Made by a program: the position numbers and the translations under genes
The notes under the pieces: model-generated
Seen by the model: the letters and a program-made list of their open reading frames with translations, nothing else
Database searches by the model: none
What the model was told of the DNA's origin: nothing
Source of the DNA: Bugula neritina
Taxonomy: Eukaryota > Animalia > Bryozoa
Assembly: GCA_964035545.1 (NCBI GenBank)
Contig: CAXIUT010000257.1
Coordinates: forward strand, 1-60,193
Reading direction: 5' to 3'
Length of the DNA stretch: 60,193 nucleotides
Shown here: piece after piece, positions 36,531-46,386 of the stretch
Numbering within the stretch: position 1 is the stretch's first letter
Layout of the letters: every line of letters starts with the position of its first letter

Positions 36531-38125
36531 AGTGCCTTTATCGGCCGATCATCATCGGGTGAAAGCGCTATTGAATTCCACTCAATGCCGTAGTCATCTT
36601 GCTCGAGGGTAACAGTGTGGCCAAGCTTTTTGAGATACTTGGGAATGTCCCGTTCGTAAAAACTCAGTACCCGTCGCTGGCCGTCGCTAAGATTTTCTGG
36701 TTCATATGGATTATGCTCGTTCACTGTGTGCCAGTAGGTTTGATCTGAATTGGATTGTATGATTGCTGTGTCGCCATGTGGCGTATCCACAGCCACGTGG
36801 AACTGTCCTTGCTCACGAGTGGCTCGCTCTGCCCAATCGCTTGCAGTGGGATATTCGTCATCAAAGTATGTTTCTGCCAAATCAGATAGGTCTTCAGTAG
36901 TCGGCACATTGGTGCCTTCCCAACCATAGCTTTCTGGATCTGATGGCAGAACTTCTGTTGCGAAATGGCTGATCTCTGAGCTGCGAATTTCAGACCAGTT
37001 GTCTCGCCGCTCAATATCATAAGTGTTCAACAACAGCACGTCATTGCCATAGACCTCAAGCACGAGAGCGTCTTCACCAAAGGTCTCGATATCTGTTCCT
37101 GGCCGGAAGTCGTCAAGGATCAAGTCATCGCTTGAGGGAGATGCAAACTGCTCGATATAGGCGGCTGTTTCAGCATTTGGGAAATGCAGCTCTGCTAATC
37201 CATCGCGCGCAGCCCGGCGGATTTCTTCCTTAAGAGTGCGCTGCCACCAGGTCTTACGGTAAGCCACCAAACGATCGAAGTCTTCCTGAGCACAGGTCGA
37301 CGTCTCCAGAAACGGATTGCCTGGCTGCAATTGAAAGTCATCGGCTGATCGGTGGCTTTGGTACAAATCAGATTGCAGCTCCAAAATGCGGCGCACGTTG
37401 GCATCTGCATCGGTTTGGCAGCGGACATGGGCAAAGTAATTTGCAGCGGCGTCCTCGCGAGAAAAATGAGCCCGACCACCGGGCGTGGGGAAGGGGGTGG
37501 CGTAAATGATTTCTGCGTAGTCAAAGTCGTAATCCTGATGTTCTTCCGGCAGTTGAAACTCGTCCCATTGAGTATGGATTTCCACAGGATTAATTGGCAG
37601 TAGTTCAAGTTCTAGTCGGCGGGCGAACAGGTCCACGGGCACCCGCTCGCCGTCGATCTCAGCCAGGATAGCTTCGATCAGCTCTTTTTCAGCGGGTTTC
37701 AAACCGGGAACGCGGGCCAAGTCTAATACGAACTGCCGCGAGATGAATGTCTTCCCCTCCAACTCATCCAGAACTGCCAGTGTTAAACTATCCGCGCCGC
37801 TGTAGGGCGGAATTGGGGGATTGGCCAACTCATATTGTACCTGAGGATCAAGATTGTCAGAACCTGGGAGAGGGCTCTGCGAGGTGAAGCGCTGATCGTA
37901 ATATGAGCCCGAAGTAGCCTGCGCATCAATTGCGCTGCGTTCCGGCGAGAACAACCCCTGTTGCACTTGGATGACATCAAGGGCCGTCGCGCGGCCAAGA
38001 TACTGCAACGTTCGGGTTCGCACCTGCCCTTTGAGCCGGTAACTTTCCTGCACATACAGGTAAGGATTCCCCTTAACCCATTTGATGACAGGGTAGCTCA
38101 CTTTAGCGGACTCCAGTTTGACCAA
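36527..38125 (-). CDS. Acidic protein with the same N-terminal domain plus an 'ELQSD' module
   Basis: KWVKGNPYLYVQESYRLKGQVRTRTLQYLG; FAHVR...RILELQSDLYQ...TWWQRTLKEEIRRAARDG...FYERDIPKYLKKLG. Confidence 0.75.
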   Translation of the reverse strand: MVKLESAKVSYPVIKWVKGNPYLYVQESYRLKGQVRTRTLQYLGRATALDVIQVQQGLFSPERSAIDAQATSGSYYDQRFTSQSPLPGSDNLDPQVQYELANPPIPPYSGADSLTLAVLDELEGKTFISRQFVLDLARVPGLKPAEKELIEAILAEIDGERVPVDLFARRLELELLPINPVEIHTQWDEFQLPEEHQDYDFDYAEIIYATPFPTPGGRAHFSREDAAANYFAHVRCQTDADANVRRILELQSDLYQSHRSADDFQLQPGNPFLETSTCAQEDFDRLVAYRKTWWQRTLKEEIRRAARDGLAELHFPNAETAAYIEQFASPSSDDLILDDFRPGTDIETFGEDALVLEVYGNDVLLLNTYDIERRDNWSEIRSSEISHFATEVLPSDPESYGWEGTNVPTTEDLSDLAETYFDDEYPTASDWAERATREQGQFHVAVDTPHGDTAIIQSNSDQTYWHTVNEHNPYEPENLSDGQRRVLSFYERDIPKYLKKLGHTVTLEQDDYGIEWNSIALSPDDDRPIKAL

Positions 38126-38171
38126 GTAGTGATAACTTTGGTATGATAGTCAAACTTCTTCACCAAAAGCT

Positions 38172-38432
38172 ATGGAATTTGATGGGCCAAAGCCGGAAAC
38201 ATCGGATGAAAAACGCACGCGGTGGGAACGTGAACGCCAGGCGTTTTGGCAAAAAGCTGAAACTCGAGATCCCGGCGATGCAAACGCCCGTTGGCTAAAA
38301 GCGGAAAGCGACAAGACTTGCGCGGCCATTGATCGTCTAACTACGGGGGCTCAAAACCCAAAGCCATATTTTGGCAGCAGGGGAGACGATGTGGTTGATT
38401 TAGAAGAGCAGCCAGACGGCTCATTCCGGTAA
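38172..38432 (+). CDS. Small hypothetical protein
   Basis: 86-aa ATG ORF, divergent from 38125, fills the gap. Confidence 0.45.
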   Translation: MEFDGPKPETSDEKRTRWERERQAFWQKAETRDPGDANARWLKAESDKTCAAIDRLTTGAQNPKPYFGSRGDDVVDLEEQPDGSFR

Positions 38433-38636
38433 TCAGAGTTTGCCTTGCCGCGTCAGTTTTTCCACGGTGGCATTGATGTGATCGCTGGAAGCCGCGCCAA
38501 ATTCTCGCACCAGCTGGATCTTTAGGCGTTCTCTGAATTCAAAGTTGCCTTTATCGTAAGCGATGTGTAGACCCCATGGTATCGGCCGCATCCGTGATGT
38601 GAGATTCTTGCCTCCAACGATTTCGGAGGGATTGTT

Positions 38637-38987
38637 ATGCTTGATAATGTTGGTGGCGGCGGTGTTCGCAAGAAGAACGTGCGCCGTTCTGCGGCGGAAC
38701 GCGCGGCGATTGTTGCTGAGAGTTATGAGCCTGGTGCGACTGTTGCGATGGTGGCGCGACGGCACGGGATTGTAGCATCGCAGCTTTCGACTTGGCGCAC
38801 GGCGGCAAAGCGCAAGAAGGAAGCGGATCACAGCCCTGCCTTTGCCGATCTATCCGTGATCCCCGAGGCGCTTCCAGCAGCGTTTGAGGGGGTCGAGATC
38901 GCGGTGGGCGCTATAACTGTCCGCCTGCCCAAGAGCACAACACCTAAACGGATTGCCGACATCGCACAACGTTTGGCACAGGCGTGA
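38637..38987 (+). CDS. tnpA: IS66 accessory protein TnpA
   Basis: IVAESYEPGATVAMVARRHGIVASQLSTWR HTH. Confidence 0.9.
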   Translation: MLDNVGGGGVRKKNVRRSAAERAAIVAESYEPGATVAMVARRHGIVASQLSTWRTAAKRKKEADHSPAFADLSVIPEALPAAFEGVEIAVGAITVRLPKSTTPKRIADIAQRLAQA

Positions 38988-39337
38988 TCTATCCCAGCCA
39001 AGCGGTTCGGATCGTGATCGCGACCAAGCCCGTAGACTTCCGCAAAGGCCACGATGGCTTGGCGGCACTGGCCGAGCGCGAACTTGGCCTTGATCCGCAT
39101 TCTGGCGTCATTGTTGTGTTCCGCGCCAAACGCGGCGACCGGATTAAGGTGTTGCTTTGGGACGGCTCTGGCCTGGTGCTGTGCTACAAGCGGTTGGAAC
39201 AGGGCAAGTTCGCTTGGCCGAAAGTGCAGGATGGCATGATACGGCTGACGAAGGCGCAGTTTGAGGCTTTGTTTGAAGGTTTAGATTGGCGGCGTGTGAT
39301 GGCGAAGCGGACCCGCCGCCCGGGTGCGACAGAGTGA
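38984..39337 (+). CDS. tnpB: IS66 accessory protein TnpB
   Basis: PVDFRKGHDGL...KVLLWDGSGLVLCYKRLEQGKF. Confidence 0.95.
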   Translation: MIYPSQAVRIVIATKPVDFRKGHDGLAALAERELGLDPHSGVIVVFRAKRGDRIKVLLWDGSGLVLCYKRLEQGKFAWPKVQDGMIRLTKAQFEALFEGLDWRRVMAKRTRRPGATE

Positions 39338-39396
39338 ATCGACACGCCAGATGTGGGACGGAATGCCGTGCAAACATAGTGCTATTTTGGTAAGTA

Positions 39397-40998
39397 TTGC
39401 TTATGTTTGACGCGCTTAAAAACCTTGATCTGGAGGCCCTTCCTGCGGAGGTGCGAGAAGTCGTTTTGGGTCTTGGTCAACGGAATGCAGAACTGGAAGA
39501 GCGCACCGCCGCCCTCGCAGCCCAAAACGCCGAGCTTGAGGCGCTGAACGCGCGGTTGGAGCACTTTGTCAAAGAACTGAACCATGTAATTTACGGCGCG
39601 CGCAGTGAGAAGCTGACGGAAGATGAACGCCAGTTGGCGTTCGAGGACATTGAGGTCGCCCAATCCGAAGCGGAAGAGCAGGCAGACACCATCGAGATGA
39701 CCACGCCGCGCAAGAAGCGCAAGCCTGTGCAGCGCAACCTTGGCAACCTGCCTGATCACCTGGAACGGATTGAACAGATCATTGAGCCCGACAGTATCGT
39801 CTGTCCCTGCGGATGTGGGGATATGGTGCGTATCGGTGAAGATATCACCGAGCGACTAGAGATTGTCCCCGCGCAGCCAAAGGTCATTGTGGCCATCCGC
39901 CCCAAGTACGCCTGCCCAAGCAAGCAGGGTGGTGTGGTGCAGGCCTTGGCCCCTGTACATCTGATCGAGGGTGGGCTGCCAACAGAAGGCACACTGGCCC
40001 ATGTCAGCGTGTCCAAATATGCGGATCACTGCCCGCTGTTCCGTCAATCCCAGATATATGCCAGATCAGGCCTCAACATTGATCGCTCCACGCTGGCCAA
40101 CTGGATGGGCAAGGTGTCCTTCCATCTCGCCCCAGTGGTGGATCACATGTTCAAAGAACTGAAGAGATCAGACAAACTCTTTGCAGATGAGACGCGCTGT
40201 CCGGTGCTGGACCCCGGACGTGGCAAAACCAAAACAGGCTATCTCTGGGCCATTGCCCGCGATGAGCGCCCTTTCGGCGGCACGGCTCCACCTGGTGTGG
40301 TCTTCTGCTACGCAGATGGACGCGGCGGCAAACATGCGACAGACTTCTTAACGGGCTTTAGCGGTACGCTGCAAGTTGACGGCTATACGGGCTATAATGC
40401 CCTGACCAAGCCGGGGCGCAATTCTGGCCCCGTCAAACTGGCGTATTGCTGGGCGCACGCGCGACGCAAGCTTAAGGAAGTGCATGACCGCGATGGATCG
40501 CCCGTCGCCAAAGAAGGGCTCAAACGCATTGCCAAGTTCTATAAGATCGAAGACGCCATCAGGGGGCAATCCGCTGAACAGCGTAAGGCCGCGCGCCAAG
40601 AGCAAACCAAACCGTTGATCGAGGACTTCGAGGTCTGGCTCAAAACAACCCGCGCCCGCATCTCCGCAAAATCACGGCTTGGTGAGAAGCTCAGCTACAT
40701 CGCCAAATACATGGATGGGCTAAAGCTGTTCCTTGATGATGGCACCGTCGAGATGGACAGCAACGTGGTCGAGCGTGCGATCCGCCCGATTGCCCTTAAT
40801 CGCAAGAACGCGTTATTTGCGGGTCATGATGAGGGCGGTCGCACATGGGCGCGCATCGCCTCCCTGATCGAGACCTGCAAGCTCAATGTCGTCGAACCAT
40901 ACGCGTATCTCAAGGCAACCTTGGAGGCCATTGCGGTAGGCCATCCGGCAGCTCGCATCGATGAACTCATGCCGTGGAACTTTGACAACGTGGGCTGA
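39397..40998 (+). CDS. tnpC: IS66 DDE transposase TnpC
   Basis: GARSEK, CPCGC, ADET, QVDGY, CWAHARRK, SNVVERAIR. Confidence 0.95.
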   Translation: MLMFDALKNLDLEALPAEVREVVLGLGQRNAELEERTAALAAQNAELEALNARLEHFVKELNHVIYGARSEKLTEDERQLAFEDIEVAQSEAEEQADTIEMTTPRKKRKPVQRNLGNLPDHLERIEQIIEPDSIVCPCGCGDMVRIGEDITERLEIVPAQPKVIVAIRPKYACPSKQGGVVQALAPVHLIEGGLPTEGTLAHVSVSKYADHCPLFRQSQIYARSGLNIDRSTLANWMGKVSFHLAPVVDHMFKELKRSDKLFADETRCPVLDPGRGKTKTGYLWAIARDERPFGGTAPPGVVFCYADGRGGKHATDFLTGFSGTLQVDGYTGYNALTKPGRNSGPVKLAYCWAHARRKLKEVHDRDGSPVAKEGLKRIAKFYKIEDAIRGQSAEQRKAARQEQTKPLIEDFEVWLKTTRARISAKSRLGEKLSYIAKYMDGLKLFLDDGTVEMDSNVVERAIRPIALNRKNALFAGHDEGGRTWARIASLIETCKLNVVEPYAYLKATLEAIAVGHPAARIDELMPWNFDNVG

Positions 40999-41540
40999 TA
41001 CCGCTTACTGTGCGGGCAGACCGGACGGTTACGCCGATACCATGGGGTCTACACATCGCTTACCCTTTATCGAGGTGATCAACCAGTTCCAGCCTTTTGC
41101 GTTCCTCAGCCAAAGTAACCAGCTCATGGCTTTGCTCACTGGTCTTAGCGTCCATCGCGTGCTGGTGATCGAGAATTGATTGCTCGGCTGTTATGCGCGC
41201 GGCCACAACCAACTCGATAATGCGGGTTTCCAGGCGCACAACTTCTTTGTCGATATCCCAAAAATGGCGAAAGAAATCGTCCTGCTGTTTGATTGAGGTC
41301 TGGATAGCTTCAAGCCGGACTTGCTGAGCGTTCTTGAATTCTTGAAACTTCAGATCAAGGGCGCGGTTTTCCTTATCAAGATCGTGATGAAGTAGTGATA
41401 ACTCTCGCTCGTTGTCCCCGCGAAGCTTTTCGATCTCAACGTCAAATTCTTCTGAGGTAATTCGATCCTGGCGGCGCAGGTCCGATTGCAGCCGGATTTG
41501 ATTTTCCCGTTGGCGTCCACGAGCTTCGATTTCCCATGCG

Positions 41541-41918
41541 TCAGCCATCAGTTTTGCCCAGCAGCGGTGTTTGTTGATCTGCTTTGGTGAGGCGTTGCGA
41601 AATATCGGCCCTAAAGCGTTCCATCAGATCTGTTTGCTGTTCATAGCCAGAGGAGACGGTTTTCTGCATGGTTTCGCTCATCTCCAATAGTTCAGATGTG
41701 CGTTGTTGCATTTGCCCTTCGAGTGCTGCGAACTTTGTCTGCAATGCCTCAAATTCAGCCAGAGCATCCCCAAAACTAGCTTCAATGCCGTTAAGTTTGC
41801 CGTGCAGAGCTTGGTTTTCCGCAAGGACGGCTTCGTACATGCGTTTGTAATCGGCTTGTTCTTGCTGATCGCGAAAGCGGTCACTGTCCCGCTCGTCTGA
41901 GGTGCGAAAATCTACCAA
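41541..41918 (-). CDS. Coiled-coil hypothetical protein
   Basis: Heptad-rich; tightly coupled to both neighbours. Confidence 0.7.
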   Translation of the reverse strand: MVDFRTSDERDSDRFRDQQEQADYKRMYEAVLAENQALHGKLNGIEASFGDALAEFEALQTKFAALEGQMQQRTSELLEMSETMQKTVSSGYEQQTDLMERFRADISQRLTKADQQTPLLGKTDG

Positions 41919-43147
41919 GTCAAATATCCAATCTCTCTAAAAGATGTTCTTTTCGTCTGAGAGTATCAAATATGCGCCGCCCTTCCATAGAGTCTTGCGG
42001 ATTGTCAATGTCGCCAGCTTCGTTTCGTATGTTATAGATCGCGGTGAGAATGCTTTCGGGGCGCTCACTTGTGGCTTTGGGAAGTTCGTATGTTTCGACG
42101 ATCTTAACCAGTGAGCGGTGTAGCTGTCGGGTTTCCTGAAACTTTCGCCACATGTCACGAGGTTCACGCGCTAATGTTGTTGTGAGCTTGTTGAACGCGC
42201 CAAAAAAACCTGTCTTGCCTTTGTTACGATCCTTTGCAGCCAGAAATTCTTCGGTCTGTTCAATGAAATGAATGCTGTAATTTGCTTTAAGATTAAGTGT
42301 CGAGCCATCAAATGCACGGTGGGCGGTCAAAATTTCGTCGGCTTCAAAGGTTGAAATGCGATACGTTTGGCAGATTTTTTCAAGGATGCCGTCCTCGCCA
42401 GTTACGAACACATCATTTGGGGATGTGTCGTAGTCGCCGCCATGTTCCGGAGCAGGGCTATCTTCGGTTTCGCGGTACTGTGAAAAATCAACATCTGGTT
42501 TTAGCACTGCGGGCACCGACATTACACTAGGGCCAGCTGAGGGAAAAGAGCTCTGGGCATTCACTAAACCCTCTTCTTGTTCCTCATGAGAAAAACGAAT
42601 ATTCTTGAAATAACTATCAGACATGTTCTCAACTAATTGTTCTACAGGAATTTTGACAAAATCTAAATCATCAAGAGAATTTATTTCTGCGAACAATACT
42701 CGAAAAACGGCCTCATGAAGGCCGAGGGATTTTTCTAGAGCAAATACTGATTTGTACATGATGGACGAGGTATAAAAACCATTTATACAGCACAGATGAG
42801 CGCAAGCGCCTAAAAATTTTTCGTCTACAAGGCCATCATGAAATGGTGCGTCGAATTTGTACAAATACTGCTTTTGCTCTTCTTTTAGCCCAATCAACGG
42901 TAGGTGAACAGATTTAGAACTTGCTGCACCGTCAATGGTTTCTTGCCCGCACTGTTCGTTATATTTCGGAAATGGGTGATGAGGTCGCTTTGAAAAATAA
43001 TAAACGGAATTCGTGTGGGAAATCAGCCCGTTCCACAGATCATTACACTCCTCGACCATTCTGTCTCCTTCGGAACTAGAGAAAGTCATGGGCATTGGTA
43101 AGCAAGCATCTTGAATATAACGCAGGTCGTATTTTATTTCCTCTAGC

Positions 43148-44198
43148 GGCTTTGTTGCACAAATCGGCTGATGGGATTCACTGCCTGAATCCAGCGTGAT
43201 AGCTCAAGGGCATGAGCAGCTGGGCACCCACGAGATACAAGACCAAGAACTGGTCGTCTTACAATGACAGTTTGAAACGACGCGGTTCGTTATCGATCTG
43301 GTTTGACCCTGAGATGATTTGGACGCCACCGCCAAGCGGCAAGCGAGGTCGGCAACAGCAATTCAGTGATGCCGCCATTCAGGCTTGTCTGACGTTGAAA
43401 GTCCTGTTTGGCATGCCGCTTCGCCAGACAACTGGGTTCGTCCAGAGCTTGCTACGGCTGGCCGGGATGGATTGGGTTGCGCCAGATTTCAGCACTTTAT
43501 GTCGACGCCAAAAGACACTGAACGTGAGCCTGCCTTATCGTGGTTCCAAGGGCCCACTGAACCTCCTCGTCGACAGCACGGGGATCAAGGCCGAAGGTGA
43601 AGGTGAGTGGAATGCACGCAAGCACGGAGGCTCCAAACGCCGCATCTGGCGCAAGATACACATAGGCATCGACGAAGAAACGCTGGAAGTACGAGCCGTC
43701 GAAGTCACTGGCAGCAACATCGGTGACGCACCCATGCTACCAGAACTTCTGAACCAAATCCCATCCGATCAGGACATCGGCAGTGTCACCGCAGACGGGG
43801 CATATGACACTCGCAAATGCCATGAGGCGATTGCGGCGCGAGATGCCCATGCGGTGATCCCGCCGCGCAAGAATGCCAAGCCCTGGAAGCCGACGAGTGA
43901 CGGAGCAATTGCGCGTAACGATGCTGTCAGTGCACAACGATATTTGGGCCGGACCCTTTGGCGACGCTGGAGTGGATATCACCGCCGAAGTCGCGTCGAA
44001 ACCAAAATGCACTGTATGAAACTACTCGGTCAATCGTTGATGGCGAGGGACTTCGATAGGCAGGTCGCAGAGATCCAGGTCCGTATCGCCGTCCTCAACC
44101 GCTACACTGCTCTTGGCATACCCGTCACTGAGCTAGTAGGCTAAATCCGTCTGGGGTAAGGGGAAGAACGTCCAGCACCCGATTTGTGCAACAAAGCC
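43148..44198 (+). mobile_element. IS5-family (IS903 group) element, 1,051 bp
   Basis: 20-bp IRs GGCTTTGTTGCACAAATCGG; 9-bp TSD TCCTCTAGC at 43139-47 and 44199-207. Confidence 0.97.
43212..44144 (+). CDS. IS5/IS903 DDE transposase
   Basis: NWSSYNDSLKRRGSL, VDSTG, ADGAYD, YHRRSRVET. Confidence 0.95.
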   Translation: MSSWAPTRYKTKNWSSYNDSLKRRGSLSIWFDPEMIWTPPPSGKRGRQQQFSDAAIQACLTLKVLFGMPLRQTTGFVQSLLRLAGMDWVAPDFSTLCRRQKTLNVSLPYRGSKGPLNLLVDSTGIKAEGEGEWNARKHGGSKRRIWRKIHIGIDEETLEVRAVEVTGSNIGDAPMLPELLNQIPSDQDIGSVTADGAYDTRKCHEAIAARDAHAVIPPRKNAKPWKPTSDGAIARNDAVSAQRYLGRTLWRRWSGYHRRSRVETKMHCMKLLGQSLMARDFDRQVAEIQVRIAVLNRYTALGIPVTELVG

Positions 44199-44712
44199 TC
44201 CTCTAGCTCCTCGACTATAGAAAATGCCGCGAGCCCGGGTATCGCTCGATCCATTAGGTGGATAATAGCTTGACCTGCGCCGACCGCTAAAAACTCTCGT
44301 TTCTCCGAGTATTGCATTGTGCCTCCCCTGAAGCCTTCAGACCATATGGAGGCTGTGCCGTAAAGCTTTTCCGTGTAGCCAATTGATAGTTGCATCCAAT
44401 ACGCTTCGTAATACGGGTTATGTAGGGTGTTAAACCTGTGATACCTTAGTGAGGGCTAACCAGTAGGGGATCGTATGATGAAGATGGCCCAATCGAAAGG
44501 TGTGGCTACCGTCCTATCCAACCGGGCATTTGGTGATTTTTTTCTGGCGAACCATGCGATTAGTACATCTTAGTTGTAGGGGGTCGCGTAATTATTGATG
44601 ATCGCTGAAAATCCGCTTGAATTGACTTTCTGATCAATTATGGTTGAGTTTATTGATTAAACCACAGACTTTCTCATGCCACTTGGAGAGCGCCCGGCGT
44701 GGAGTGCAAGTC

Positions 44713-46386
44713 ATGATACAGCGAACAGCCTCATCCCTTCGCGCCACGATGTTCGTGGTTTTGTTCGCATTTTTGGGCGGCATCAGCACCGCACAGGCGG
44801 AGGTCACCGAGCCCCGGCTGACATTGGTGAAAAACGAGGCTGCCAACCAAATCTTGATGGTGTTTGTGCACGGCATCCGTAGCGATGCTACAGACGCATG
44901 GACCAATGCGCGCACGGGGGCCTATTGGCCCGATCTTGTCGCCGCGGACACTGCGCTAGCACATGTGAACGTAGCGACGTTTGAATACCCCGCCTCTGCG
45001 CTGAGCAAGGACGGGCTGCGCATTAACGAAGTCGGGCGAAATCTCAAGGTGTTCCTGGACCCACAGATGCGGCGGCATGACAAGGTAGTCTTTGTCGCGC
45101 ATTCGATGGGCGGTCTGGTTGTTCGGGCGATGTTGCTTAACTTCCGTGACAGCTTTGACACGCCGTTGGCGCTATTTCTGGCAGTTCCAACTGCGGGGTC
45201 GGATTTGGCGAACTGGGCACAGGCGCTGCGGCTTGGGCGCAGCAATGCCTTTGTCGAAGGGTTGCGCGAGTTGCAGCAGAACGATGCGCTGGAAGCATGG
45301 ATTTCGCAGTGGGCCGCGTGGAATGGCGGCGGAAGGCCCAAGGTCCTGTGCGCTTATGAGCGGATCAGAACAGCCGGTGTTTTTGTGGTGGAACAGGCGG
45401 GCATGCTGCCTGGCTGCGATGACGTGCCTTTGGGCGTGGCAGCAAACCATTCAGATATCGCCAAGCCCAGCAGCGCGAGCGCCATACTGCATCAGTATTT
45501 GTCATCGGCCATTCAAGCTCTGAATTCAGAGACATTTGTACCGCGCCTTCAAGGTAACATTCGCCTAACGGATGCGCGCGGCTTACAGGATGGATTGCTG
45601 ATCGCGCGCACCATTACGCTGGAAGCAGACGTGACACTACCGTCAGACACACGCATTTTCGCCCAAAACATCTTTTTGAACGGACATAAGTTGATCGGAA
45701 AACATATTTCGATACTCGCTGACACCGTCGCCGATGGCATCATCCAGTCAGCGACAACGGGCGCTGGCGGCAATGCAGGGGATATTATGGTCGTCGCGCG
45801 GCGGCTGTCTGGTGTTGAATTGGTGGCACGCGGCACGGATGGTGGATCAGGCCGGAACGGAGCGGATGGCAACGCCGGAGCGCCGGGCGGGGCGGGGCGC
45901 GAAGGACGATGCGATGGGTTTGGCAAATGGCGTGCAGCTCATGCGGGTGGCAATGGTGGAAACGGCACGCCCGGCGGACTCGGCGAGAACGGCAGCAATG
46001 GCGGCAATGGTGGCCGCATCTTCGTTGCCACGGTGTTGCAAAGCGGTGTTTTGGCGGATGTCTCCGCTGGACGTGGCGGCGCTGCAGGACAAGGCGGACA
46101 GGGTGGGCAAGGCGGATCGGGCGGGCCTGGCGGGCGCGGCTGCACCGGCCTTGGCGGTACGCAAAGCAACGCAGCCACGGGTCGCGACGGTATTGACGGC
46201 ATCGACGGACGCAATGGCCGTCCAGGCACCGACGGTCTTGAAGGCACTATCTGGCGGGCAGAAGTTGATCGACTGAGTGTGTTGCCCGCCGTTGCCGCGC
46301 TGCCTTCGTCTGACCAACTGCCGGACTATGCCACAGTTCTGTTAGGCGACCTGAAAACCGACGTGAGACTCGCGGCTTCAAACTGA
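44713..46386 (+). CDS. Secreted alpha/beta hydrolase with a Gly-rich (PGRS/collagen-like) C-terminal region
   Basis: Signal peptide; VFVHG, AHSMGG, NHSDIAKP; GxxG repeats. Confidence 0.85.
   Translation: MIQRTASSLRATMFVVLFAFLGGISTAQAEVTEPRLTLVKNEAANQILMVFVHGIRSDATDAWTNARTGAYWPDLVAADTALAHVNVATFEYPASALSKDGLRINEVGRNLKVFLDPQMRRHDKVVFVAHSMGGLVVRAMLLNFRDSFDTPLALFLAVPTAGSDLANWAQALRLGRSNAFVEGLRELQQNDALEAWISQWAAWNGGGRPKVLCAYERIRTAGVFVVEQAGMLPGCDDVPLGVAANHSDIAKPSSASAILHQYLSSAIQALNSETFVPRLQGNIRLTDARGLQDGLLIARTITLEADVTLPSDTRIFAQNIFLNGHKLIGKHISILADTVADGIIQSATTGAGGNAGDIMVVARRLSGVELVARGTDGGSGRNGADGNAGAPGGAGREGRCDGFGKWRAAHAGGNGGNGTPGGLGENGSNGGNGGRIFVATVLQSGVLADVSAGRGGAAGQGGQGGQGGSGGPGGRGCTGLGGTQSNAATGRDGIDGIDGRNGRPGTDGLEGTIWRAEVDRLSVLPAVAALPSSDQLPDYATVLLGDLKTDVRLAASN

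Larger units (their letters stand above)
38556..41063 (+). mobile_element. IS66-family element, 2,508 bp
   Basis: Perfect 31-bp IRs (GTAAGCGATGTGTAGACCCCATGGTATCGGC); 8-bp TSD CCTTTATC at 38548-55 and 41064-71. Confidence 0.97.
35251..41401 (+). repeat. Six dispersed direct copies of GTAGTGATAA
   Basis: At 35251, 35709, 36131, 36510, 38126 and 41392; the 18-mer TACCTGTAGTGATAAAAT is identical at 35704 and 36126. Confidence 0.85.
38433..41548 (-). pseudogene. Coiled-coil protein (199 aa when reconstructed) split by IS66
   Basis: 41548-41064 joined to 38547-38433 reads in frame: ...LELVDHLDKG|NFEFRERLKIQ... Confidence 0.85.
41920..44317 (-). pseudogene. Hypothetical protein (445 aa when reconstructed) split by IS5
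   Basis: 44317-44199 joined to 43138-41920 reads in frame: ...SIVEELEE|IKYDLRYIQDACLPMPMTF...; GGAGG RBS before 44317. Confidence 0.8.

Noticed and set aside
38433-38831. 132-aa minus-strand ORF as an independent gene
   Set aside because: Chimera of IS66 antisense sequence and the 3' end of the interrupted gene
35251-41401. Integron attC cassettes
   Set aside because: No GTTRRRY/RYYYAAC palindromic sites and no IntI
44141-44395. 84-aa ORF as an independent gene
   Set aside because: It is the 5' fragment of the IS5-interrupted gene reading into the IS end
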